Made by a program: the position numbers and the translations under genes. From an uncultured Pelagibacteraceae bacterium (GTDB lineage Bacteria; Pseudomonadota; Alphaproteobacteria; Pelagibacterales; Pelagibacteraceae), in assembly GCA_902576115.1 (NCBI GenBank), contig CACGUE010000003.1, positions 4,712 through 68,711 on the forward strand: a DNA stretch of 64,000 nt. The letters are read 5' to 3'. Each line of letters starts with the position of its first letter. The first letter of the stretch is position 1. The notes beneath the pieces are model-generated. The model had not been told where the DNA came from. It worked only from the letters and a program-made list of their open reading frames with translations, and searched no databases. Below, piece after piece: positions 8,161 through 17,630 of this stretch.

Positions 8161-9504
8161 TTAATTTTTTTTGCTTTTTGAATAGTTGGTAATACCAGTT
8201 CTTAGTTTCTCGATTATTTCATCAATATGTTTTTTTTCGCAGATAAACATTGGAGCAATAATTAAACAATCTCCAGTCGCTTTAAAGTTAACTCCTGCAT
8301 CATAACAATGTTTGAAACATGTAAATCCTGCTGCGCCAGGTTTTTTATGCATTTTAATATCAATACCACCCATCATTCCATAACCTCTTATGTTATCAAC
8401 AACATCAATATCTTTTAAAGACATTAAACCTTCTTGGAAATATGGAGATAAATTTTTTGCTCTATTAAAGATATCATCTTTTTCAAAAATATCTTGAACC
8501 GCTAAGCCTGCAGCTACTGAGACAGGAATTCCAGAGTAAGTGTAGCCATGAAATAATTCTATTGTTCCTTTTGGAGATCCATCCATAACTGTGTCATAAA
8601 TTTCTTCTTTACACGCAACTGCACCTAAAGGACTTATTCCATTTGTTGTAGCTTTAGCCATTGTTATAATATCAGGTGTAACTCCGTATTCTTGAGATGC
8701 AAAAGGCGAACCTGTTCTTCCCCAACCTGTAATAACTTCGTCAAAAACTAATAAAATACCATGCTTATCGCAAATTTCTCTTAGTCTTTGTAAATATCCT
8801 TTTGGTGGAACTAAAGTTCCTGTTGATCCAGCAATTGGTTCAACAATGCAAGCTGCAATATTTTCTGAACCAAAATTTGTACAAATTCTCTCAAGATCTT
8901 CTGCCATCTCTGCGCCAGTTTCAGGTTGACCTGAAACAAATTTATGTTCTGGTAAATGTGTATGTCTCATGTGAAGAACACCTGGCATCAAAACATTGGC
9001 AAATGTTTTCACGTTGTTAATCATTCCGCCAACAGAAGTAGCTCCAATATTCATTCCATGATAGCCTCTTTCTCTTCCAACAAACCTAAATCTATGTCCT
9101 TCACCTCTTGCTTTATGATATGCAACTGCAATTTTAATTGCTGTTTCAACAGCGGTAGATCCACAAATTGTATAAAAAATTCTATTTAAATTTCCTGGTG
9201 TATGTTTAGAAATTTTTGTTGCAAGTTCAAATGAACCACCAAAACCTTGTTGAAATGGTTGAGCATAATCTAATTTTTTTAACTGATTTGTAATTGCATT
9301 AATAATTTCTTCTCTTCCGTGTCCTAATGGATTACAAAATAATCCCGAGCTTGCATCTATCTGAGTTTGACCTTGATGATTTTTTAAATAAACACCTTTT
9401 GCTTCTACAATTAATCTTGGAGACTCTTTAAAATCTCTATTGGATGTAAATGGCATCCAATGTTCATTTAAAGAATTTGGTATTTGAGGTTTTTCTGAAC
9501 TCAT
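8161..9504 (-). CDS. Class III omega-amino acid:pyruvate aminotransferase (probably taurine/hypotaurine or beta-alanine)
   Basis: WMPFTSNR, GYHG, FDEVITGWGR, PLP lysine in MAKA, HGYTYSG; coupled to ald and divergent from tauABC. Start 9504 (or 9522). Confidence 0.85.
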   Translation of the reverse strand: MSSEKPQIPNSLNEHWMPFTSNRDFKESPRLIVEAKGVYLKNHQGQTQIDASSGLFCNPLGHGREEIINAITNQLKKLDYAQPFQQGFGGSFELATKISKHTPGNLNRIFYTICGSTAVETAIKIAVAYHKARGEGHRFRFVGRERGYHGMNIGATSVGGMINNVKTFANVLMPGVLHMRHTHLPEHKFVSGQPETGAEMAEDLERICTNFGSENIAACIVEPIAGSTGTLVPPKGYLQRLREICDKHGILLVFDEVITGWGRTGSPFASQEYGVTPDIITMAKATTNGISPLGAVACKEEIYDTVMDGSPKGTIELFHGYTYSGIPVSVAAGLAVQDIFEKDDIFNRAKNLSPYFQEGLMSLKDIDVVDNIRGYGMMGGIDIKMHKKPGAAGFTCFKHCYDAGVNFKATGDCLIIAPMFICEKKHIDEIIEKLRTGITNYSKSKKN

Positions 9505-9695
9505 AATTATGTTTCGATTCATAGACTAATTATATAAATTAACCAGTAAATTTTAGTCATACTTGCTATGTTAAATGACCGCAACTATAGGTTGTAAGTT
9601 ATGACTTTTGAAGCCTGTGTAATTTATTCATCATTTACTTAAAAGAAAATTTAAACTTAAATATCGATAATTAAATTTAATTAACAGGAGATGAA

Positions 9696-10637
9696 ATGAA
9701 AAAAATAATTAGTTTCATTTTAGGAAGTTTATTTGCTCTAAACTTAACAATCACAGCAGCAAACTCTGCTGCGAACGAGGTTAGAGTTGCATACTTTCTA
9801 GAGTGGCCAAGTCCAAATTTAGAGGACATGCAAAAAAAGAATTTTGCTAAAGCTTTAGGAGTTCCAGTAAAATGGACAAACTTCACAAATGGTGGGGCAA
9901 TGACAGATGCTATGTTAGCAGGAGATATTGATATTTCTTACTCACAAGGTTTAGTACCATTTATTAATGCTGTAAAATCAAATGCACCTATCAAATTAGT
10001 TGATATTGCAATGGAATACGGAATGGGTGGAACAACTTGTGTAACATCTAATGCATCAGGAATAACAAAAGCAAATGCAACTGAATTAGAAGGTAAAAAA
10101 GTTGCTGTTCCGTTAGGTACTATGGCTGAGTACGTTTTCGACGAAAGTATGAAAGTTGTCGGAGCTGACAGAAGCAAAATGGATATTATTCAAATGGATC
10201 CAGAAGAAGGTGCGGCTGCATTAGTAAGTGGAGATGTAGTGATGGCATGTTTATTTGGTGGTAATTCTATCAAAGCTGCGGTTGCTGTAGGATCAAGACT
10301 TTTAACAGTTCAAGAAGCAAGAGATGCAGGTATTTTAGGAATAGATATAACTTCTGTAACAGACAAGTTTATGAAGGAAAATCCTGGAATGTTGAGAACT
10401 TTTATTGAAGTAACTCATGAAGCAAATGAAAGATATAGAAATGGAAAAAGTGATATGAATTCTATGTCAAAAGCTTCAGAGATGAAAGTTGCTGATATGA
10501 AAGAAACTTTAAGTGGTTTCAAATTTTTAACTCCAGAAGAAACTAAAAAATCTATGGAAAGCGGAAACTTAGATGCATTCTTAAAAGGAATGGGAACTCC
10601 AGGTGGAGCAGTAGACACTAGTTTCTTACCTTTATAA
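9696..10637 (+). CDS. tauA: Taurine ABC transporter substrate-binding protein
   Basis: Signal peptide, VAYFLEWP, SsuA/TauA-type motifs (GDIDISY, GKKVAVPLGT); operon context. Confidence 0.8.
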   Translation: MKKIISFILGSLFALNLTITAANSAANEVRVAYFLEWPSPNLEDMQKKNFAKALGVPVKWTNFTNGGAMTDAMLAGDIDISYSQGLVPFINAVKSNAPIKLVDIAMEYGMGGTTCVTSNASGITKANATELEGKKVAVPLGTMAEYVFDESMKVVGADRSKMDIIQMDPEEGAAALVSGDVVMACLFGGNSIKAAVAVGSRLLTVQEARDAGILGIDITSVTDKFMKENPGMLRTFIEVTHEANERYRNGKSDMNSMSKASEMKVADMKETLSGFKFLTPEETKKSMESGNLDAFLKGMGTPGGAVDTSFLPL

Positions 10638-10656
10638 TTTAAAGATTAGAATAATT

Positions 10657-10690
10657 AAATAGGCGCCAATTTTATTGGTGCCTATTTTTT
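10657..10690 (+). terminator. Stem-loop with U-tract after tauA
   Basis: AAATAGGCGCCAAT-TTT-ATTGGTGCCTATTT followed by Ts. Confidence 0.8.
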
Positions 10691-10719
10691 TAAGTAAATA
10701 TTTTATATAAAGTCAACTA

Positions 10720-11517
10720 ATGAGTGATTTAATATCTCAAAACTTAAACATGATTTTCAAAACTCCAAAAGGAGAGACTGTTCATGCTTTAAAAGATTTA
10801 AATTTCAAATTAAAAAAAGGAGAACTGTTAACTGTTCTTGGGCCCTCTGGTTGTGGAAAAACAACTTTATTAAATATTGCAGCTGGTTTCTTAAGACCAA
10901 CATCTGGAAATATAACTTTGAATGGTAAAGAAATTGATGGACCTGGAGTTGAAAGAGGCATGGTTTTTCAACAAGGTGCATTATTCGAATGGTTGACTGT
11001 TGCAGAGAACGTAAACTTTGGTCTTAGAATGAAAAAAAAAGATCCTATAGAAACTTCGAAAAAAGTTGATGAGTGGCTGGAGATTGTTGGCTTAAAAGGA
11101 TTTGGAAATACCCCAACATATCAATTATCTGGAGGAATGCAGCAAAGAGTAGCTCTTGCAAGATGTTTAATCAATGATCCTGATTTGATTTTAATGGATG
11201 AGCCTTTAGGTGCTCTTGATGCTTTAACAAGAGAAAAAATGCAATCTTTAGTTTTGAAAATTTGGAAAGAAACTGGAAAAACAATTATTTTAATTACGCA
11301 CTCGGTTGAGGAAGCACTACTGCTTGGTGAAAGGTTGTATGTAATGGCACCAAGACCAGGTAGGATACATAAAGAATATAATCTTCCATTTGCAGAGATG
11401 GGATTAAAAGAAGATTTAAGAGAAATAAAAAAAAATAAAGATTTTTCATCAAAAAGAGAGGAAATTTTATCCATGATTTGGAACATGGAGGAAGAAATTA
11501 TGGGAAAAGAAAATTAA
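10720..11517 (+). CDS. tauB: Taurine ABC transporter ATP-binding protein
   Basis: GPSGCGKT, LSGGMQQR, MDEPLGALD, ITHSVEEA (NitT/TauT type). Confidence 0.85.
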   Translation: MSDLISQNLNMIFKTPKGETVHALKDLNFKLKKGELLTVLGPSGCGKTTLLNIAAGFLRPTSGNITLNGKEIDGPGVERGMVFQQGALFEWLTVAENVNFGLRMKKKDPIETSKKVDEWLEIVGLKGFGNTPTYQLSGGMQQRVALARCLINDPDLILMDEPLGALDALTREKMQSLVLKIWKETGKTIILITHSVEEALLLGERLYVMAPRPGRIHKEYNLPFAEMGLKEDLREIKKNKDFSSKREEILSMIWNMEEEIMGKEN

Positions 11518-13443
11518 ATGTTTACTCAAATAATAACAATATTAATTCTCGTATCAATTATCGGGTGCATACTTTATGGAAGACGTTTAATAAAAACTGA
11601 AAAAGTTGATGCAGTTTTTGGAAATCCAGAAAGAGCAAAAGGTGGAACTCATTGGATAATTGTCGGAAGTAGTGCAATATTGTTAGTTTGGCTTTATTAT
11701 TCTTGGGATATTGCAAAAGGATTTTATCCAAAATCAGCAAATGAATTATGTCAGGTCGCAAAAATAAATGAGTCTTTATTAGGATTAAAATATCAATTTC
11801 CAATTGAAGAAAGAGAATTCAAAAGTACTTCAATAATAAAAATAGAAAATAAAAATCTTAAAAAAATAAGTTTAGAAATTCAAAATTCGCCAGATTTAAG
11901 CAACATACAGAAAACTGCATTAGTTGGTTTTATTAATAAAACAAACAAATTAATTCCATTACTTACTAACGATAATCTAATGGAGATTAACACAAAAATT
12001 AAAATAGATGAGATGACTGATGAAATTAGATTATTAAGTACTAATTTTCAAAAGAAAGATTATCCATTTGAAACACCAGAGCAAAAAAATGAAAGACAAA
12101 AAGCAATTGCTGAGCAAGGAACCTGGGGCATAGTAACTGTAAGTGCCGGAACAGGATCAATAGAAAATACTATTGAAGTGCCTTTAGTGCCTGAAACAGA
12201 TAGAGGGTTGAAATTTCACGCTGCAGCTGAACAATTAAAAAAAATTAATGATAAATTTTTTAAATTAAGAAACCATAATCCTCAATTCAAAAATGCAATA
12301 AAAGAACTTAAATCAGAGATAAAATTATATAGAAAAAATTTAGATGACACTGAGGAAGTGGCATCTACTTACGCAAAAAACATTGTAAAAATTGCAAGAA
12401 GAATTGAATTTGCAAGTATTTATCCACCAAATGCTCTTAATGAAATGCAAAATGCAATTATTGAATTTGATAATCTTCAAAAAACTGAGCAAGGAGGTTT
12501 AAGATTAATTGACATTCTTTTATTCCCTGCTGGAACTATAGTTGCAAGTGGTCCTAGTTGTTCTGAGCAAGGTTCAGGTAGATGGTTACCAAAACCCTCC
12601 GATACACTTAATAAATTTATTTTAATGTCTAAGCCAAGTGTAGGTTACAAAAATATCCCACTTCTTTGGATTGATATGATGGATGTAAGCCAGATAATTG
12701 GCTTTATATTGCCAGATTGGATAGCTGATGTTTTGCCTGGAGAATATCCGGTTCACACTAAAGACGGTGTGGTTAAGCAAAATTTTAAAGGTAAAGTTTT
12801 AAAAATTGTTACTGGTGATTTTAAGCTATTTAAAATCCCTGTTCCTTATGGTCATATTTGGGATTCATTTTTAAGAGTTTTTCTTGGATTAGTTTTTGGA
12901 ATATTGATCGGTGTACCATTAGGACTTTTCATGGGCTTAAATAGATTTGCTAAAGGTTTCTTTGATCCATTAATTGAACTTTACAGACCAGTACCTCCAC
13001 TTGCGTGGGCTCCTTTAATAATCTCAGTTTTAGGGATTGATAATACTGGAAAAGTATTTTTATTATTTATGGTTTCATTATCTATAATGATTATTTCAGC
13101 CAGAGCTGGAGCATCAGGCACGCAGTTATCTAAAATTCATGCAGCACATTCTCTTGGTGCTTCTAAAAGACAAATACTTAGATATGTTATTTTTCCAAAT
13201 TCTTTACCTGAAATTTTAACAGGTATTAGAGTAGCTGTTGGTATGTGCTGGGGAACTTTAGTTGCAGCAGAATTTTTAGCAGGTACAACTGGAATTGGAT
13301 TTGTTGAAAATGTTGCCAAAAAGTATTTTCAATATGAAGTAATTTGGATCACAATTTTTATAATGGGTATGTTGGGTCTTCTTTTTGACGTAACTTTGAG
13401 AAAAATTATAGATAAGACTATACCTTGGAGAGGTAAAGGTTAA
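11518..13443 (+). CDS. tauC: Taurine ABC transporter permease with long N-terminal extension
   Basis: C-terminal ~200 aa is TauC/SsuC-type (RPVPPLAWAP, AAHSLGAS, LVAAE), preceded by two TMs and a large soluble domain. Confidence 0.82.
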   Translation: MFTQIITILILVSIIGCILYGRRLIKTEKVDAVFGNPERAKGGTHWIIVGSSAILLVWLYYSWDIAKGFYPKSANELCQVAKINESLLGLKYQFPIEEREFKSTSIIKIENKNLKKISLEIQNSPDLSNIQKTALVGFINKTNKLIPLLTNDNLMEINTKIKIDEMTDEIRLLSTNFQKKDYPFETPEQKNERQKAIAEQGTWGIVTVSAGTGSIENTIEVPLVPETDRGLKFHAAAEQLKKINDKFFKLRNHNPQFKNAIKELKSEIKLYRKNLDDTEEVASTYAKNIVKIARRIEFASIYPPNALNEMQNAIIEFDNLQKTEQGGLRLIDILLFPAGTIVASGPSCSEQGSGRWLPKPSDTLNKFILMSKPSVGYKNIPLLWIDMMDVSQIIGFILPDWIADVLPGEYPVHTKDGVVKQNFKGKVLKIVTGDFKLFKIPVPYGHIWDSFLRVFLGLVFGILIGVPLGLFMGLNRFAKGFFDPLIELYRPVPPLAWAPLIISVLGIDNTGKVFLLFMVSLSIMIISARAGASGTQLSKIHAAHSLGASKRQILRYVIFPNSLPEILTGIRVAVGMCWGTLVAAEFLAGTTGIGFVENVAKKYFQYEVIWITIFIMGMLGLLFDVTLRKIIDKTIPWRGKG

Positions 13444-13456
13444 TTTCATTCTATTA

Positions 13457-14467
13457 ATGTCTGTAAATAATACAAAAATTAAATCTATTATTAAAAAAAT
13501 TTTTATAAAAAGAGGGTTGAAAACAAATCATGCTATTATTTGTGCAAATGCAATTATCAATGCAGAGCTTGTAGGTGCGCCTTCTCATGGATTGTCTCGT
13601 TTAAAAATGTATTGTGAAAGAATCTCAAAAAAAGTCATTAATCCGAGACCTAAAATAACTGTAAAAAATATATCAAAATCTATATCAATAATTGATGCTG
13701 ATAATTCTATTGGTTTTGTTGCAGCAGATGAGGCTATTAAAAAAACTATTCAAAATGCAAAAAAAACAGGGATTGGTTTAGTTGCTGTAAAAAACAGCGG
13801 ACATTACGGTCTATCTGGATACTACGTCGAGCAAGCGGTTAAAAAAAATTTAATAACATTCGCATTTACAAATGCTCCTCCAGCTATTGCGCCTTTTGGT
13901 GGAAAAAAATCAGTCTTTGGAACTAATCCAATATGTTTTGGAACTCAAACAAATAGTAAGGTTCCATTTATACTGGATACATCAATGTCAATGATTAATA
14001 GAGGTAAAATTAGGATTGCAGAAAAGTTAGGAAAAAAAATACCATATGGCGTTGCTTTAAACAAATTTGGAAAACCAACTACAAATGCAAAAGAAGCTCT
14101 TGCTGGGGTACAACTTCCAATAGCTGGATTTAGAGGATCTGGATTAGCCTGGATGGTAGATATTTTAACTGGAGTATTTGTTGGAAGTAATCATGGTGGC
14201 AAAGTAAAAGACCCATTTGATGATTTCTCTGGGCCACAAAATATCGGTCACTTATTTTTAGCATTTAAAGACAATCTATTTGTTAAAGATTATAAAAAAG
14301 AGATAAAAAAAAATATTAATAGAATAAAAAAAATACCAAATCTAAAAGGACAAAAAATCTTTTATCCTGGCGAGCAAAAGTTTTTAAGAACAAAAACAAA
14401 CTCTGAAAAATCTATAAAAATTCCAAAAAATATTAAAAAGGATTTAGATATTCTATTAGCTAATTAA
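13457..14467 (+). CDS. Ldh_2 family (malate/L-sulfolactate, ComC-like) dehydrogenase
   Basis: SHGLSRL, NSGHYG, FGTNPI, YPGE motifs. Confidence 0.85.
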   Translation: MSVNNTKIKSIIKKIFIKRGLKTNHAIICANAIINAELVGAPSHGLSRLKMYCERISKKVINPRPKITVKNISKSISIIDADNSIGFVAADEAIKKTIQNAKKTGIGLVAVKNSGHYGLSGYYVEQAVKKNLITFAFTNAPPAIAPFGGKKSVFGTNPICFGTQTNSKVPFILDTSMSMINRGKIRIAEKLGKKIPYGVALNKFGKPTTNAKEALAGVQLPIAGFRGSGLAWMVDILTGVFVGSNHGGKVKDPFDDFSGPQNIGHLFLAFKDNLFVKDYKKEIKKNINRIKKIPNLKGQKIFYPGEQKFLRTKTNSEKSIKIPKNIKKDLDILLAN

Positions 14468-14670
14468 CCTGCAAAATAACCTAGTATTCCAATAGATAAA
14501 CAGACTGAAAGTATTATTATTTTTGACTGAAGTGCCTCTTTTTTCTTTTCAGTGATTACTCGTTTCTTTAGAACATCTATATTTACTTTACGAGGGGACA
14601 TTCGAATTACTCTTCGTTTTTTTTCAGGTATTTCAATATTAGATGTTCTGTTTAAGCTTTCAGTACTCAT
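14464..14670 (-). CDS. Small basic protein with C-terminal TM anchor
   Basis: 68 aa, Lys/Arg-rich, ends in one hydrophobic helix. Confidence 0.6.
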   Translation of the reverse strand: MSTESLNRTSNIEIPEKKRRVIRMSPRKVNIDVLKKRVITEKKKEALQSKIIILSVCLSIGILGYFAG

Positions 14671-14714
14671 TAAATTATTTAATCATATGGTAAAAAAAAT
14701 TTACAGAATTTAAC

Positions 14715-14761
14715 TGTTCAAAATGGGTTGACTCAACTTTTAAAATTGTTCAAATTGGGTT
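14715..14761. promoter_or_regulatory. Direct-repeat pair, candidate operator
   Basis: TGTTCAAAATGGGTT (14715-14729) and TGTTCAAATTGGGTT (14747-14761), 14/15 identical, 32-bp period, in a divergent intergenic region. Confidence 0.55.
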
Positions 14762-14771
14762 TTGATACATT

Positions 14772-15734
14772 ATGAAGCAGCTACCAAGTGTAAATTCCGA
14801 ACTAGATGATGAGCTGATCGATAAAATTTTCAAAAATCATTTTGATATTTTAAGTCCTTTTTTTTTAAAACTTATGTCTGAATGGACAATCGGTGCTTAT
14901 AAAGTGTTCAAAGATATAGATACTTACACAATTCTAATTTATTTGATTAGTAAGCAGTTTGATTTTTACAGACGAAATAATTTAAATATTACTTTCAATA
15001 ATTTTTATAATGATAAAACATTAGAGATTGAGAAAATTAACCTTATAAGAATATCAAAGGATCTTCAAATTCCAAAAGAAAGTGTCAGAAGAAAAGTTAT
15101 ATCCCTGGAAAAAAAAGGAATAATTAAAAAAAAGGGCAAGAAGATTACAATAGATAGAAGTGCTTACAATTCAACACAGCCGAATGATACATTAAAAAAT
15201 ATATGCATACTTTTATCTGTTTTTAGTCAAATTTTAAAAGAAGAAAAAGTTATAAAAAATGAAATGTCCAGTAATGAAATTAATAACTTAATAAAACATA
15301 ATTTCTCATTTTGCTGGTATCAATTTTATAAATTTTTATTCCCTTACTGCTTAAGGTGGAAAAATTATTTTGGTGATATGGAAATATTTACTATTTTAGC
15401 AACTATAATTTTGAATAATAATTCAAAAATTGGAAGGCAACTTAAAGGAGTTGATAGTTATTTAGATAAATGGAGAGATAAAATTATTAATAAAAAAATA
15501 AAAGGAATTAATGCAATGTCTATTTCTGAAATAACAGGAATACCAAGACCAACAGTAGTAAGAAAAATCAAGAAATTAACTAAAAATAAATTTATTTCTA
15601 TAGACAAAAATAAATTGATAAATTTTGATGTCAGCAAACAAAATTTTAAAGAAATGTCAAAAATTCAAGATGAAAATTTAAAATCAATAAATGTTTTTAT
15701 AAAAAGAACCTACAATCAAATAAATCTTAATTAG
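14772..15734 (+). CDS. Protein with two winged-HTH-like repeats, putative DNA-binding regulator
   Basis: INLIRISKDLQIPKESVRRKVISLEKKGII and INAMSISEITGIPRPTVVRKIKKLTKNKFI. Confidence 0.7.
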   Translation: MKQLPSVNSELDDELIDKIFKNHFDILSPFFLKLMSEWTIGAYKVFKDIDTYTILIYLISKQFDFYRRNNLNITFNNFYNDKTLEIEKINLIRISKDLQIPKESVRRKVISLEKKGIIKKKGKKITIDRSAYNSTQPNDTLKNICILLSVFSQILKEEKVIKNEMSSNEINNLIKHNFSFCWYQFYKFLFPYCLRWKNYFGDMEIFTILATIILNNNSKIGRQLKGVDSYLDKWRDKIINKKIKGINAMSISEITGIPRPTVVRKIKKLTKNKFISIDKNKLINFDVSKQNFKEMSKIQDENLKSINVFIKRTYNQINLN

Positions 15735-16575
15735 AATTTTTTAGAATATATATAAATATAAATCCAGTTATATACATTATTAATGCATAAGCAGCTGTTG
15801 GAACCATGTAAGCGACATCATTGAAAATTTGTGTTGCTACAAATACAGCTAAAGTTCCATTTTGTAATCCACATTCTAAAGAAATACATTTTCTCTGTGG
15901 TATTCCAGTTGCAAAAGCTTTTGCAATGTAAAATGCCAAAGTCATCATGACTACGTTTAATATTAAAACAGCTAAACCCGCTTGACCTAAGTATGATATT
16001 ATATTTTCTCTTTCCTCAATCCATATCGCTGCAAATACAACAATAAATAAAATACCTGTAATTCTATTTACAATATTAATATTGGACGAAATAAAGTTTT
16101 CAGCGAATCTTCTAATTATCATTCCAAGAATTACTGGCACAGTTACAACTAGTGCCATTTTAAGAGCAATACCAGTCATCGTAATATCTGAGGATAAATC
16201 AGTTACACCTAATAATTTTGCTGAAGAAAAAACAATAAATGGAACAGAAAAAATACTAATTAAACTACCTACTGCTGTTAACGAAATAGATAATGCAACA
16301 TCTCCATTTGCAAATTTTGTTAAGACATTTGATGTTACTCCTCCAGGAGCAGCAGCAATAATCATTAATCCTAAAGCTAATTCAACTGGTAATCTTAATA
16401 TTAAAAGTAAAATATAAGCTACGATTGGGAGAAGTATTAATTGACAAATTATTCCGACTGTAAAATCTTTTGGATTATTTATAACTCTTAAAAAATCTCT
16501 AGTTGATAAACCCAATCCCAGACCTAACATTATAAGGGCTAACGCTATAGGTGCAATTTTTGTAACTATCTCCAT
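15727..16575 (-). CDS. Bile acid:sodium symporter (BASS/SBF) family transporter
   Basis: MLGLGLGL, AAAPGGVTSN, GDVALSISLT, ECGLQNGTLA. Confidence 0.9.
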   Translation of the reverse strand: MEIVTKIAPIALALIMLGLGLGLSTRDFLRVINNPKDFTVGIICQLILLPIVAYILLLILRLPVELALGLMIIAAAPGGVTSNVLTKFANGDVALSISLTAVGSLISIFSVPFIVFSSAKLLGVTDLSSDITMTGIALKMALVVTVPVILGMIIRRFAENFISSNINIVNRITGILFIVVFAAIWIEERENIISYLGQAGLAVLILNVVMMTLAFYIAKAFATGIPQRKCISLECGLQNGTLAVFVATQIFNDVAYMVPTAAYALIMYITGFIFIYILKNSN

Positions 16576-16659
16576 CGTTTATTCAATTTTAAACTATTTT
16601 TATATCGAACGTAATAAAAAATATTGATATTTAGAACCATAACAAATATTTAAACTCAT

Positions 16660-17571
16660 ATGTTATCTGATAAATCTACAGTTTGCCCTGTTAATCTACT
16701 TAATATAGCCCATCAAAAAAGGGGTGTAAAAGCAGCCATTGTAAATGCAGGTAAAAAATTACCGATGATGTCAGTAATGGACGCTGTTTCAGAAAAACTG
16801 ATCACCCCAATATTAATAGGTGACAAACAAAAAATAAAAGAATGCGCAGATGAGCTTAAATTTGACATATCAAATTTTGAAATAATTAATGAGCCAGTTG
16901 AAAATAATACAGCAGGAATTGCAACAAAACTTGCATCGGAAGATAAAGTAAAAATTATTGTAAAAGGACATATTCATACTGATATATTGATGAAAGAAGT
17001 TCTTAAAAGAGAATATAAATTAATTGGAAAAACAAGACTAAGTCATATTTGGCATATGACATTACAAAAAGATGATAAACCATTAATCATAACCGATGGA
17101 GCATTGAATGTTTCTCCTAACCTAAAAACTAAAATGCATATTTTAAAAAATGTTATAGATTTTAGTCATAGAATTAATATTCCAAGACCAAAAATTTCTA
17201 TCCTTTCAGCAACAGAAGAAGTTATTGATAGTGTACAGAGTTCGGTTGAAGCTAAAGAATTAACTGAATTGGCAAGTAAAGAAAATTTTAATGCTGATAT
17301 TTTTGGACCCTTAGCATTTGACAATAGTATTTCAAAAAAATCTGCTTCTATTAAGGGAATTGAGAATATAGTTGCTGGGGAAGCTGATGTATTATTAGTT
17401 CCAAATGTCGAAACTGGAAATGCGCTTGTAAAAATGATGATTTATTTTATGGGAGCATGTGCAGCAGGCGTAGTTGTTGGAGGTAAAGTACCTGTTGTTA
17501 TAACAAGTAGATCAGATGATGCGACAGCAAGACTTGCTTCTATAGCTGCAGCCGTTGTTGCTTTAGATTAA
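16660..17571 (+). CDS. pta: Phosphate acetyl/butyryltransferase
   Basis: VKGHIHT, TDGALN, GPLAFDNSIS, VPNVETGN, VVITSRSD. Confidence 0.8.
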   Translation: MLSDKSTVCPVNLLNIAHQKRGVKAAIVNAGKKLPMMSVMDAVSEKLITPILIGDKQKIKECADELKFDISNFEIINEPVENNTAGIATKLASEDKVKIIVKGHIHTDILMKEVLKREYKLIGKTRLSHIWHMTLQKDDKPLIITDGALNVSPNLKTKMHILKNVIDFSHRINIPRPKISILSATEEVIDSVQSSVEAKELTELASKENFNADIFGPLAFDNSISKKSASIKGIENIVAGEADVLLVPNVETGNALVKMMIYFMGACAAGVVVGGKVPVVITSRSDDATARLASIAAAVVALD

Positions 17572-17630
17572 ACTTCTATTGAATAAACATCTTATATAAT
17601 TTAAACATTTGTAAAATTAGAGAAAAAATA

